This document shows positions 19,936 through 29,345 of a DNA stretch of 64,000 nucleotides, in pieces; position 1 is the stretch's first letter; the number at the start of each line of letters is the position of its first letter. A program made the translations under genes and the position numbers. The notes under the pieces are model-generated. The model was given only the letters and a program-made list of their open reading frames with translations. It had not been told where the DNA came from and did not search any database. This DNA comes from a virus (lineage: Duplodnaviria > Heunggongvirae > Uroviricota > Caudoviricetes). The stretch covers positions 15,198 through 79,197 of the IMG/VR virus record IMGVR_UViG_3300042564_004185; one strand, written 5' to 3'.

Positions 19936-20790
19936 TCAAAGTTCCTCCTGATCTAAGTCAGGATCTTCTTGACTTACATTATCTTTTAAGCGTGACGTAA
20001 TATCTGATGTTTGTTTAATTCTCTCAACAGCGTCATTCAATTTATACCCTAAACAGTTAATACTTAAAACAGATTCTTTCAATTCATCAATTGTGAATCC
20101 TGCGGTTTTCTCTGCCAGTTCATTAATTATTGATTTATTTCTAGAAACAGTTTCAATATACTTAAGTCTAGCTTCAATTGATGGGGGTAGCACTTCAATG
20201 ACTCTACTAAATCTACCCGGACGTAACATTCTCTTTGGAATCTTATTTAGAAAATTAGTAGTTGCTAAATAAATTGCGTTATTTTTTTGAACCTGACCAT
20301 CCAGTAGTCTTAGCATGTTTTCTTCGTCTTCTTCAATAACTTCATCAAACTCTTCGAAGATAACCAGAGTCAAAACGTTAGGACTCAAATTTTTTAGTTC
20401 TTCTAATGCAAGCATCGTAAGACCAGCGGCATCATTAAAAATAACAATACCACCCATCGAGATCACCTTTTCACATACTCGATTTACAATACAGCTTTTA
20501 CCTGTACCCGGTCCTCCATGTAGAAATACTGATCTTTTATAAATGAATCCATGATCTTCATATGCCTTTTTTGTTTCTGCTTTTAAGAACTGATTCATTT
20601 CCTTAACAATTGAATCAAACTCAACTGAAGGAAGATCAACTAATTTATCATATTCTAATTTGGTAGGAACATAATATAATTTTTCTTGTCTTGAATCATA
20701 GTTGATTCGATAAGATCCCGAGGGGACTCTTTGTTGAAGATTTTCCTCCGCTGTCGAAGTAAATCCTTTTGCTGTATTTATAAATTTCAT
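19936..20790 (-). CDS. classic-clade AAA+ ATPase (second copy)
   Basis: GGPGTGKSC Walker A, VIFEEFDE Walker B, RPGRFSR sensor 2. Confidence 0.65.
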   Translation of the reverse strand: MKFINTAKGFTSTAEENLQQRVPSGSYRINYDSRQEKLYYVPTKLEYDKLVDLPSVEFDSIVKEMNQFLKAETKKAYEDHGFIYKRSVFLHGGPGTGKSCIVNRVCEKVISMGGIVIFNDAAGLTMLALEELKNLSPNVLTLVIFEEFDEVIEEDEENMLRLLDGQVQKNNAIYLATTNFLNKIPKRMLRPGRFSRVIEVLPPSIEARLKYIETVSRNKSIINELAEKTAGFTIDELKESVLSINCLGYKLNDAVERIKQTSDITSRLKDNVSQEDPDLDQEEL

Positions 20791-20855
20791 AGTTCTCCTT
20801 TTTCTTATATCAATTTAACAGTTATACGTTTAATGTCAACTAAATAATTCACATT

Positions 20856-22709
20856 TTAAAAATCAATACTACAAGTCCCCCCACTACAAGCTAATTGTTC
20901 TGCTCTATTAGTATTGTCTTCCATTTCCAATACTTTAGTTAAATCGATGTCTCTAACCATTTTTTCATATTTTTCAAATGTTTGCTTATCACAATCCTCA
21001 AATGGTGCTTGTTGATAAATAGCATCCGAAAAAGGTAGAAGGCTAACAGCTGCATACTGGAATCTGTCTTCCCATAGCTTATTAAAAAGTAATGCGACTT
21101 CTTCTGGTTTGTAATTAATAGTACAGCTAATATTATGAGTGTTTGCACCTTCTCTGTGTCCCGGGACTACCCAATTATTATAATAATGTTTCACTCTATC
21201 GAATAGACTGATTGCACTCTCTTGATGGCGAGTAATTGCTCCTACTGGTGATTCTTGTGGAATGGTAACAACGACACCGCTTGGTGAAAAAATATCATTT
21301 TCCACTAATTCTGGAACGACTCTCATTAAATATCTAGCAAGCTCATCATCCTTATTCATTCTTACTCTTCGTAGATAGTAGTCTGAGTGTCTAGCGTGAA
21401 TTCCCGAACTTGATCCAAGAACACAACTTGCAGTTCCTTCTGGTTTAATTGCTGTTGTTCGTGCTGCTTGATTTATACCAATCTTCTTTGCGTACTTTTC
21501 GTTGACTTCGAGGACAAGCTTTGCTGCTTTTTGTAATTGATCTCCTGTAAGTCCACTAGCGTCTGCAATTCCTGTGAAGCTACATCCAATAAGTGCTTCG
21601 TTTTCCGTAACAGTTCTCCATTTCTCGGAGAGATATGGGAAATCTGTGAAACCTGCTTGTAAAGTTCCAAGCATCGCTGCCGCGTATACTCTATTTTCAA
21701 AGTCTTTTTCATTTTTTATTCCAGTAAGATTAGTTGTTGTGAGGTTGCAAAACTGGTTTGATTGAAGACCAATCTCAGCACATGGATTAGTTCCCCATTC
21801 AGTATCATTTGTCCAAAAAAATCCCGGTTCTCCAGCATTAGAAGCAATACACATGTCGTATACATTTTTAAACTCCTCGAACGTTGTTTCATGTCTGGGT
21901 AGTACAGCAGAATTGTTAGCTCTTGCACGATGTGCGTGTTTTTCCCACCATGAACCATGTTTACATGTTAACATAGCATTATCGTTTCGATCAAATAAAG
22001 AAATTAAAGCAGCTCTACGGATACCACCAGATAAAACACAATCAGCAATCATGCAAATAATATCATGTACTTCGAGTGTTGTTAATTTTTTACCAATTGC
22101 TTTTATTAGTATATCTTCTACTTTAACTAGCATTTGGCGTAGCGGTTCTGGTCCCGGTGCTTTTGCTCCTGTAGTGACAAGATAAGATCCCTTTTGACGT
22201 ACTTTACTAAAATCAAATATTGGTCTAATTGCACCAAAAAAATAAGCAGACATTAATTGATTCAATGCTTCTGCCCAACCTTCGATAGAATCATGGACAA
22301 CGTATATACCTTCTTCTTTTGGCTTTCTAATTGAAGGCAGTTGATTGATGTGGTGTTTTTGTACTGAGTATCCAAATCCTGTTCCTGATAATAATAGAAA
22401 CAATGCCTCAGCGAATATTCTAGGGTATGTAATGTTTGCGAATGAACAATTAAAAAGTCTTACGTTATTTCTAAAAATAGCTTCACCACCGAATTGTAAT
22501 GAACGCATAGATGGCATTACATTGAAATCATGAACTTGTTTAAAAGATTTGATAATGTCTCTGCTTAATTTTGGGTATTTTTCCAAGTACATAGTTAAGT
22601 TGCGATTAAGAGTTTCTTCTAATGTCTCTCTTCTGTTAAGAGCATTTAAATGTTTGGCATAAGTACGGTAAGCTACAACTTCGCTTAGTAGTCGGTTTGA
22701 TTTGTTCAT
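20856..22709 (-). CDS. ribonucleotide reductase catalytic chain; NPCAEI is closer to the class II NPCGE pattern than to class I SNLCSE
   Basis: Active-site NPCAEIGL (thiyl-Cys loop), LFNCSF and a C-terminal CSGGTC redox pair. No NrdB-like small subunit is seen in the window. Confidence 0.7.
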   Translation of the reverse strand: MNKSNRLLSEVVAYRTYAKHLNALNRRETLEETLNRNLTMYLEKYPKLSRDIIKSFKQVHDFNVMPSMRSLQFGGEAIFRNNVRLFNCSFANITYPRIFAEALFLLLSGTGFGYSVQKHHINQLPSIRKPKEEGIYVVHDSIEGWAEALNQLMSAYFFGAIRPIFDFSKVRQKGSYLVTTGAKAPGPEPLRQMLVKVEDILIKAIGKKLTTLEVHDIICMIADCVLSGGIRRAALISLFDRNDNAMLTCKHGSWWEKHAHRARANNSAVLPRHETTFEEFKNVYDMCIASNAGEPGFFWTNDTEWGTNPCAEIGLQSNQFCNLTTTNLTGIKNEKDFENRVYAAAMLGTLQAGFTDFPYLSEKWRTVTENEALIGCSFTGIADASGLTGDQLQKAAKLVLEVNEKYAKKIGINQAARTTAIKPEGTASCVLGSSSGIHARHSDYYLRRVRMNKDDELARYLMRVVPELVENDIFSPSGVVVTIPQESPVGAITRHQESAISLFDRVKHYYNNWVVPGHREGANTHNISCTINYKPEEVALLFNKLWEDRFQYAAVSLLPFSDAIYQQAPFEDCDKQTFEKYEKMVRDIDLTKVLEMEDNTNRAEQLACSGGTCSIDF

Positions 22710-22722
22710 GTATCTCCTATTG

Positions 22723-22745
22723 AAAAAACAGGTTAACTTCCTGTA
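22723..22745 (-). terminator. weak hairpin plus U-run on the minus strand
   Basis: Minus-strand read acagg-aagttaa-cctgt followed by tttttttc. Only a 5-bp stem. Confidence 0.25.
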
Positions 22746-22810
22746 GAAATTTTACAAAAAAATAAAATAAAAGGCAATAAATATTTGAATTAATTAAATT
22801 TGTTTAGTTC

Positions 22811-23359
22811 TTAGCAACCGACTTTCCATATATTTTCATTATAAATATACTCAGGAAAATCTTCTTTATGACGATAACATAAAGCAGTATCTGTAAATTT
22901 TATTCGATATTGTGCATACAAATGCAAATTACCTTCTTCACTTCTAATTGCGTGAAACATTTTCCAATGAGTTGGGTTCCTCGACAAATCATTGCTTCCA
23001 ACGTAATCAATAGTGAAGAGGTATTCGCCTTTTAGAATCTCACCATTCGGTTCTATTTTAACAGTACACGGCATGTATAGTAATGTATCATAAACAATGA
23101 CATCAATATCGCTGCTTATATTATCCCAATGTTGACATTCTTGTAATGTTCTTGGTTGTGCGGTTTTTTCAAAACAAATAGCGTGAGCTGGTAATCCAGT
23201 AAATAACGCTCCATTTGATAATAACACTTGAAATTGAAGTGCTTGGTTTTGTAAAGCTCTAACCCCAATTAAGTAACCTAAAGAAACATCCCCGTCGTCT
23301 TCTTTTAAGATAAAAGAATTTCTAACATAAACTTCAATTGGTGGTAGTTGCTTGTTCAT
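22811..23359 (-). CDS. hypothetical protein
   Basis: 182-aa ORF. Confidence 0.35.
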   Translation of the reverse strand: MNKQLPPIEVYVRNSFILKEDDGDVSLGYLIGVRALQNQALQFQVLLSNGALFTGLPAHAICFEKTAQPRTLQECQHWDNISSDIDVIVYDTLLYMPCTVKIEPNGEILKGEYLFTIDYVGSNDLSRNPTHWKMFHAIRSEEGNLHLYAQYRIKFTDTALCYRHKEDFPEYIYNENIWKVGC

Positions 23360-23699
23360 TATAATTTTTTGGTTTAATTACTTTGGTTATTTTTCCAACG
23401 ACTTTAGGTTCAAATGTTGCCAATCCTTCTGTATCTCTATCTACTAGAATTTCCTCAACAATTTCCCATCCCTTTGTTGTTTTACTTTTTTTGTCAGGAT
23501 TATTTGAAAGATAAACATATTCAACTTCTCTGACCTTAGTCACTAACCTAGTCTGAGGGTTCTTTTTTTTCTTTCTTACAATCACTTTAGTTCTTTCACC
23601 TTGTGGATGAATAAAATCTAAATATTTGAGAACCAAAGTCTCTCTAGCCTCTTGTTGATTCTCTTGTGAATCGATAAACGAATTAATTGCCTTAGCCAT
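23334..23699 (-). CDS. hypothetical protein
   Basis: 121-aa ORF. Confidence 0.3.
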   Translation of the reverse strand: MAKAINSFIDSQENQQEARETLVLKYLDFIHPQGERTKVIVRKKKKNPQTRLVTKVREVEYVYLSNNPDKKSKTTKGWEIVEEILVDRDTEGLATFEPKVVGKITKVIKPKNYNEQATTTN

Positions 23700-23706
23700 A
23701 TAGCTC

Positions 23707-23892
23707 CTATTTTTTAGCTCTTGTGTTTTTCTTTTTAAATCCCCAAAGAACCTTTCTCGCCTCTGTTAAAGTTCTTGCTCCCATAAACTCATGTAGGCAG
23801 TTCTTACTTTTTGCAGTTCCTTGGTGCATTGACTTGTAATTGCTTAATCTTTGTTCTAATGAATGTTTATTATTTTCTGCTTTATTTTCCAT
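23707..23892 (-). CDS. small basic protein
   Basis: 61-aa ORF. Confidence 0.25.
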   Translation of the reverse strand: MENKAENNKHSLEQRLSNYKSMHQGTAKSKNCLHEFMGARTLTEARKVLWGFKKKNTRAKK

Positions 23893-24303
23893 ATACCCTC
23901 ATTTTTTAATGCAAGTTGCTTTTACTACTAAAGGATTATTTTTACTTTTTTCCCACTCTAACATTTTTTCTATAGCTTGCAAGCAACTTATTCGCTCAGT
24001 GAATTCTACGCTGTTGGTACTGACATTAGTGTTGCTTAATATTATAAAAACCAAAATCCACATCTACTTTCCTTTAAAAAGTCTTTCGATACAATCTGAA
24101 ATAAAAGATACCACAAATATCATACAAAGGGTAATAAAAATTTGTATTTTGATAATACTCAAAATGACAATAAGAAAAATAGTGTTAATCGTGAATTTTG
24201 TTTTTATGTTTCTTTTTCCTATTATAATCTTTTTTAGTTTTCATAACAGTATTTGGTTTTTTTGCAACAGGCTTCCTAATTTTTGGAACAGGTATTTTAA
24301 TTT

Positions 24304-24543
24304 TCATACATCCCATTCATTGTCTGGTAGTATGGTGAATCTTCTTTGGAAGTTATGTCCTGTGACTTTTATGATATTTGATTTTTTAAGTTTGTTAAAA
24401 GAACGGTATGTTGATTCTTTTGAAAGACCAAGTTCCCATTGCATATCTTTATTGTGAAATTTCGGATGAAACTTAATATACTGATACATAACGTATGTTG
24501 TATAGCCTAATTTTTTTATTATTAATTTTTCCTTGTCAGTCAT
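24304..24543 (-). CDS. winged-helix DNA-binding protein candidate
   Basis: HTH-like segment LGLSKESTYRSFNKLKKSNIIKV. AGGAG RBS before the ATG. Confidence 0.4.
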   Translation of the reverse strand: MTDKEKLIIKKLGYTTYVMYQYIKFHPKFHNKDMQWELGLSKESTYRSFNKLKKSNIIKVTGHNFQRRFTILPDNEWDV

Positions 24544-24545
24544 TC

Positions 24546-24703
24546 TAGCTCCTTATTCTTAAAGCTTTGATTAATAATACTACGGCAATTATTCCAAACC
24601 CCAGCCCTACTATATTAAATCTAGTATCGATTAGAAGTATATTAAAAATAGAAAATAAAAGACCTAGAATAGTTAGCTCAGATTTTTTTTTAAGATTACT
24701 CAT
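24546..24703 (-). CDS. 53-aa small two-TM membrane protein (below the ORF-track cutoff)
   Basis: My own translation gives MSNLKKKSELTILGLLFSIFNILLIDTRFNIVGLGFGIIAVVLLIKALRIRS. Its stop abuts the RBS of the next gene. Confidence 0.25.
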
Positions 24704-24820
24704 CGGTTTTTTCCATTTCTAAATATGGTTTTTCTTTAATCATATTTAATTTTTCTTGTTCGTATTTAATTAGTTCTTCCAAAAAGTCAAACAATGTTTG
24801 TGATTTATCGTTTGTATTTA

Positions 24821-25066
24821 TCATTTTATACCCGCTATTGATTTACGCAAATTATTCATTATATGCTTTTTTGCTCTTTTAGCTTTTTCTAATTCATATT
24901 CTAATTGATTTATGTATTCTCTGTATGGAGTGGAAGGGTCAATTAATTCCATTCCCTCTGGTACAATATAGAGTTTACCTGTCATAGCATATACTGAATC
25001 CCATACGGTCACTTCAACATTTCCTGTATCGGGTGATTTTAGTATAGTTAGTTTTGATGATTTCAT
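24821..25066 (-). CDS. hypothetical protein
   Basis: 81-aa ORF. ATGA overlap with the next gene. Confidence 0.3.
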   Translation of the reverse strand: MKSSKLTILKSPDTGNVEVTVWDSVYAMTGKLYIVPEGMELIDPSTPYREYINQLEYELEKAKRAKKHIMNNLRKSIAGIK

Positions 25067-25296
25067 TTATATACAACCGTTGCATATTCTGTTTTTGTGC
25101 AGTTTTTACCACATGAGTGAGTCCAAGATGTTGTTGTACTAGCATTAGGACATTTCATAACGTATAACTCTTTGCTACCATCGGAAATCAAAAATACTTT
25201 ACAGTCCTTAAGATCATCAGGCAAGCTATAATCAGGTTTAGTTTTATGATAAGGGGAACACGCAATAATGAAAAAAATCAAAAATAAATACTTCAT
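25063..25296 (-). CDS. small secreted/lipoprotein candidate
   Basis: N-terminal LFLIFFIIACS signal with a lipobox-like Cys. Further Cys residues in the mature part. Confidence 0.35.
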   Translation of the reverse strand: MKYLFLIFFIIACSPYHKTKPDYSLPDDLKDCKVFLISDGSKELYVMKCPNASTTTSWTHSCGKNCTKTEYATVVYK

Positions 25297-25910
25297 TTAT
25301 CCTCTTTTTTAAGAAGTTCTATCAATTTATTAAATATCCTAGCTGTGTTCATTGCATCAGTTTCTGCCCAATGTGCTCCTTTGTTTTTATCTTCAAATAC
25401 CGTATTCTTAAAATCTAAATTAACTTTAGACATCGATTTACTAAGTCCACCTTGACGTTTTATATTATTAGCCAAAGCATAACATTGATAAATATTTTTA
25501 ACATTTATTGTCGATCTAGCAAATCCATATCTTTTTACAAAATTTTCTAAACTCACACCTGAATGTTCTCTTAACGCCAGTGTGTCTCCAGATCCCCATT
25601 CCACTATTTGTCTCGATGCTTCGTAATCTCTTCTCAAGATTGCTATCCGCTCCAAAGCAAAAAAAGGTGAATGAGTCGATGAATTAACTTGTTCATCTGT
25701 TATGCTAGTTAATGTTTTGATAAATTGGGAAAGTGGTGCCGGATAATTTAAAAATATTGTTTCAGAGTGAAGTATGGTTGGTTCATCTTTTGCTAATTCA
25801 AAAACTACAACTCCTACTTGAATAATAACTTCATCACATGTTTTAGAGTCGGGGGTTTGATGATTAGTGTAAGGTTGTTCGAGTTCTAGATCAATTGCTA
25901 TAAATCGCAT
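25293..25910 (-). CDS. DnaQ-like DEDD 3'-5' exonuclease
   Basis: Exo I AIDLELEQ and Exo III HWAETDAMNTARIF. Confidence 0.55.
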   Translation of the reverse strand: MRFIAIDLELEQPYTNHQTPDSKTCDEVIIQVGVVVFELAKDEPTILHSETIFLNYPAPLSQFIKTLTSITDEQVNSSTHSPFFALERIAILRRDYEASRQIVEWGSGDTLALREHSGVSLENFVKRYGFARSTINVKNIYQCYALANNIKRQGGLSKSMSKVNLDFKNTVFEDKNKGAHWAETDAMNTARIFNKLIELLKKEDK

Positions 25911-26542
25911 ATTTCAACCGTTATTGGATTAATAATTACATCAGTGTATGGTATTCCACATATCGATGCGTTTACGGTCATAACACCGTTACGAATCATA
26001 GTACCACGGTTTTCATGTATGTGTCCAGTAATATGTAGCCTAAGATTAGAAAGTTCAGATAATCTTTTAGTAAGAGCCATACTACCAACTCTCTGTCCTG
26101 ATAATACTTTATCTAATTTACCATAAGCCGGACCATGTGTAATTACTATGTTGGTATCAGGTAAGATATTAGAGTATATATTTTCTAATTCATTCTCGGT
26201 CGAATTATACACCCATCCGTTACCGAATTTAAGTGAGTTGGGACTTCCAAATATTGTTAATCCTTTTATAACAGTGTGAGTATTATTGAGCAATTGTATC
26301 CCTTCATTTTCACACATTTGTTGTAAAAGCTGAAAAGGTTGCTTACTAATTTCTACTTCATGATTACCACAGATAAGTAGTTTATGCTTTGCTTTTTGTT
26401 CCCCATACCATTGCAAAAATTTTTTAACCTCATCGAATTCACCGTGATATGTAAAATCACCAGCGTGAATAATCATGTCTGTTTCAGGCATTATAATTTT
26501 TTTATGGTGCATGTGTGTATCACTCAGGCAAGTTATTTTCAC
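25898..26542 (-). CDS. metallophosphoesterase (calcineurin-like)
   Basis: All five motifs are present: CLSDTHM, HAGDFTYHG, CGNHE, ITHGP and GHIHE. Confidence 0.65.
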   Translation of the reverse strand: MKITCLSDTHMHHKKIIMPETDMIIHAGDFTYHGEFDEVKKFLQWYGEQKAKHKLLICGNHEVEISKQPFQLLQQMCENEGIQLLNNTHTVIKGLTIFGSPNSLKFGNGWVYNSTENELENIYSNILPDTNIVITHGPAYGKLDKVLSGQRVGSMALTKRLSELSNLRLHITGHIHENRGTMIRNGVMTVNASICGIPYTDVIINPITVEICDL

Positions 26543-26786
26543 TAAGCTTCTCCATTTCTTGTAGAGTTTTCATTAGCTCTTTATCTTCGTCAACCAAAGC
26601 TTCTATGTCCGCTATAGGCTTTGTCCACCAATCGTCTGCAGCAAGATCAGTCTCGCTCCAGAATCTCTGAGACAGATCCATCATAGCATAGTCTACATTT
26701 CTATACAAGTCTCGTATATACCATCCGTCTTTGTACTTACGTCTGTTGAATGGGTATCCGGAATTACGAGCTTCAAGGTAGGTCAT
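26520..26786 (-). CDS. hypothetical protein
   Basis: 88-aa ORF. Confidence 0.3.
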   Translation of the reverse strand: MTYLEARNSGYPFNRRKYKDGWYIRDLYRNVDYAMMDLSQRFWSETDLAADDWWTKPIADIEALVDEDKELMKTLQEMEKLSENNLPE

Positions 26787-26968
26787 TCTTTTATCTCCTG
26801 TCCTGTAAATTCATCATATAACGGAATATCTTCCCAAACATAAGTCCCACCAATAGGTACTAGTCTCATAGTTACCCCATCTTCATTTGGAATATGGTCG
26901 AACATCTCTCTATATTCACAATACTGAAGAATCTTTTTTCCATCTCGTATAACAAATCTTAGGTTCAT
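26783..26968 (-). CDS. hypothetical protein
   Basis: 61-aa ORF. Confidence 0.3.
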   Translation of the reverse strand: MNLRFVIRDGKKILQYCEYREMFDHIPNEDGVTMRLVPIGGTYVWEDIPLYDEFTGQEIKE

Positions 26969-27121
26969 CGTTCTGCCTTTACTGTCACACTTGCGTTCAT
27001 CATGCTTTCTTGCTTGGGTACTATTGTTTTAAGTATCTCCACAATCTCATCTACATCCGTAAAGAATCTCTGAACATATCCCTGCTCTGTATGATAGCAT
27101 ATAAGCCATCCGTTTGCTATT

Positions 27122-27319
27122 TCAATTATCTCGAACCTTTTCATTTGTATCCTTTATCGCTTTTCTTATATTGCGGATTATAAAAGTAGCCATGTCTCTC
27201 GAATGTTTAGGCACGATAACTTCCTTCCGACCTTTCTTGAATATGTGATGGCTACCTTTAACTCTATCGAGTATAAATCCAGCTTGAGTTAACTGTAAAC
27301 AAGCTTCACGGAATTTCAT
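27122..27319 (-). CDS. hicA: HicA-family (YcfA-like) mRNA interferase toxin homologue
   Basis: 65 aa with the GSHHIFKK ... VIVPKH pattern (GSH catalytic His, VP[KR]H), matching the E. coli HicA layout. Its start overlaps the stop of the upstream gene (TAATG). Confidence 0.65.
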   Translation of the reverse strand: MKFREACLQLTQAGFILDRVKGSHHIFKKGRKEVIVPKHSRDMATFIIRNIRKAIKDTNEKVRDN

Positions 27320-27621
27320 TATTCAGGCTCCCATAAAATACTTTTTTTTAAATCTAAAAGTCCATCAAATTCTTTTAATCTATTTTTAACATTATACTTA
27401 TCTTTATAATAACAATATACAATTGAACTTGTGGCAACTTCTGTAAAATCTGGAGGAGGCAGCATACCGGCTGCTTCTAAATCTCTGAGGATTTTATCAG
27501 CATAATCCAAAGCATGGGCTTTTAGTTCCGGAACTTGATCAAGCCAAGCAGGATCATTACCAGCATGAAGTTCCATTGAAAACATTAACATATTTAATAT
27601 CTCGCTACGTTTCATAACCAT
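27319..27621 (-). CDS. small protein coupled upstream of hicA; paralogue of the 6679..6897 product
   Basis: MKRSEIL, EAAGMLPPP and a WEPE C-terminus are shared with 6679..6897. No HicB-like RNase-H or HTH features. Confidence 0.4.
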   Translation of the reverse strand: MVMKRSEILNMLMFSMELHAGNDPAWLDQVPELKAHALDYADKILRDLEAAGMLPPPDFTEVATSSIVYCYYKDKYNVKNRLKEFDGLLDLKKSILWEPE

Positions 27622-27772
27622 CCTATATGTATAAGTTCACTAGCCGCTACAGTCACCATTCGCTTACGCCTAGTCTGTAAGTATAATATCATAGTTTTGT
27701 TCTGTACGTCAAGCTCGTAGCATCCAGTGAATAGAAGTAGCTCGTTGTTCTTTGGGCAGTAGAGTATTTCAG

Positions 27773-28102
27773 TCATTTCTTCTCCACTTCTTTTAATGCT
27801 TCTCTAGCTACATCGTAGTTATAGTCATCATCTGGGTCATCGTTTTTGTATTCAGCATAAAACTCTAAAGCTTCACGTAGCTTTTTGTTTTCAGCTTTAT
27901 ATTCCGCCGCCCAATCCGTAAGTTTATCATACTCAAGTTTTAAGGTATCAATTTCTTTCTGCTTATACTCACAAGCGGCTTGCCATGTTTGTTCAAGTGT
28001 AAAATAATTGTAGGTTCTTGGGCCTGTTAGATTATTTATTACTGGTATTGTATCCGTTTTGATATACCACTTTTCAAACGCTTCTTTGTCTTTATCGTTC
28101 AT
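27773..28102 (-). CDS. hypothetical protein
   Basis: 109-aa ORF. A possible 54-aa coupled mini-ORF lies at about 27617..27778. Confidence 0.35.
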   Translation of the reverse strand: MNDKDKEAFEKWYIKTDTIPVINNLTGPRTYNYFTLEQTWQAACEYKQKEIDTLKLEYDKLTDWAAEYKAENKKLREALEFYAEYKNDDPDDDYNYDVAREALKEVEKK

Positions 28103-28437
28103 AATATCTCCATAGTAGCAACCAATGTCGCCATGTGAATAGCCTGATCTAATCCTATCACAACAAAGAAGTTATGTACATCCCCTTTCGCATACAACTT
28201 AGAAGTTATCCGAGAAGTGATAGCGTCCACTACAAAGTGTACAGCTCCGTTGATGAGTGCGTATAGGAACGAGTTAGGATTCTGAGTTAGCAAGAACATA
28301 ACTAAAGCTAGTGCTGTAGTGTATGACAGGATATGCAAGGAGAGTGCTTTGTAGCTTTTGCTTTTATTCTGTGCCATCCAGTTAGTCTGGCAAATGAAGT
28401 CGGCAATCCAGTGAGCTAGTATTATAATGTAAATCAT
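28099..28437 (-). CDS. small three-TM membrane protein
   Basis: Start revised to the internal Met (MIYIIILAHW), which follows an AGGAGA RBS. The longer track ORF runs into the GC-rich noncoding island. Confidence 0.4.
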   Translation of the reverse strand: MIYIIILAHWIADFICQTNWMAQNKSKSYKALSLHILSYTTALALVMFLLTQNPNSFLYALINGAVHFVVDAITSRITSKLYAKGDVHNFFVVIGLDQAIHMATLVATMEIL

Positions 28438-28877
28438 AACTCTCCTAAGTAAAAAAGTCAGGGGTGATGTCTCTCGGCATAACGTTTGCGGCATCGACAT
28501 TACACTTAGCCTAACCAAGCAACCTGACATAGTTTAAGGTTATTCGCTGCGGTTACAAACTAATAAACTCCCGCCCCGCTATACAATTTTTGACAGAAGG
28601 TTGTAATCCCTACAATGGAAGCCAGTCAACCTCACAACACAGTATGTGACACTGCCTAATTGTGCCTTAACGTGGAACTTTCTTAGGCTTTCCCCACGAC
28701 CGAATTGAGTTGATCAGACTCTTGACTATCGGTTGCCATAGCTGAGTGAGCAACGTCTACTAAATCTCTCTGCATCCGTGTGCTTAGAGTAACAACATAG
28801 CGGTCGGTCACTGAGCAATATACTTTATTCATTATACGAATTTAAGTATAAATTGCAAATATACTATTTTTAGTATA
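28438..28877. other. noncoding island A with raised GC; candidate structured RNA or regulatory region
   Basis: About 440 bp with no ORF of 60 aa or more in any frame. By eye GC is well above the genome's roughly one-third. Contains gtgacac-type motifs. Confidence 0.3.
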
Positions 28878-29345
28878 TTAATCCCAAAATGGTTCACGTT
28901 TATCACTCTCCCAACGTGAAGAAAGATATAATTGGTAAGCAATTTTTGTATCTTCAACGTGTGTAAAGTCTACACCTTTTGTTAAATTTCTTGCATTATT
29001 GGAAAAGGGCATTTGTTTACCCTCTGGAATAAGATGAATGTTAGTCTCTAAAATTAATAATAATTTAGAGCTTGCGTGAATTTTACCTGTACGTTTAGTG
29101 TATTCATTGCACAATGCTCGGAAGTGTTCTAGTAACCATTTGTAATTACCTCTCGTTGATCTTGTCCAAATACTGCTTGGGTGGTTAAGATGAGCAACTC
29201 TATAGATATCAGATCCTTGATATCCATTTACACGCAATGCCGTAGAAAGAAGCTGAGCAGATTCAAGACACATTTTAATTACTCTTTTTGTGTCCAAAAA
29301 TTTAGCTGACTCAATCGGACATTCAGATGTTGCAAATATGTTCAT
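28878..29345 (-). CDS. hypothetical protein
   Basis: 155-aa ORF. Confidence 0.35.
   Translation of the reverse strand: MNIFATSECPIESAKFLDTKRVIKMCLESAQLLSTALRVNGYQGSDIYRVAHLNHPSSIWTRSTRGNYKWLLEHFRALCNEYTKRTGKIHASSKLLLILETNIHLIPEGKQMPFSNNARNLTKGVDFTHVEDTKIAYQLYLSSRWESDKREPFWD

Noticed and set aside
23840-24457. 205-aa plus-strand ORF in the minus block
   Set aside because: It runs antisense across an intergenic region and the 24304..24543 gene. Hydrophobic junk composition (F/I/L-rich from AT-rich DNA). No RBS.
28878-29345. Possible T4 endonuclease V-like (pyrimidine-dimer glycosylase) assignment for the 155-aa protein
   Set aside because: Only vague N-terminal resemblance. The catalytic N-terminal Thr and Glu23 context are not convincingly present.
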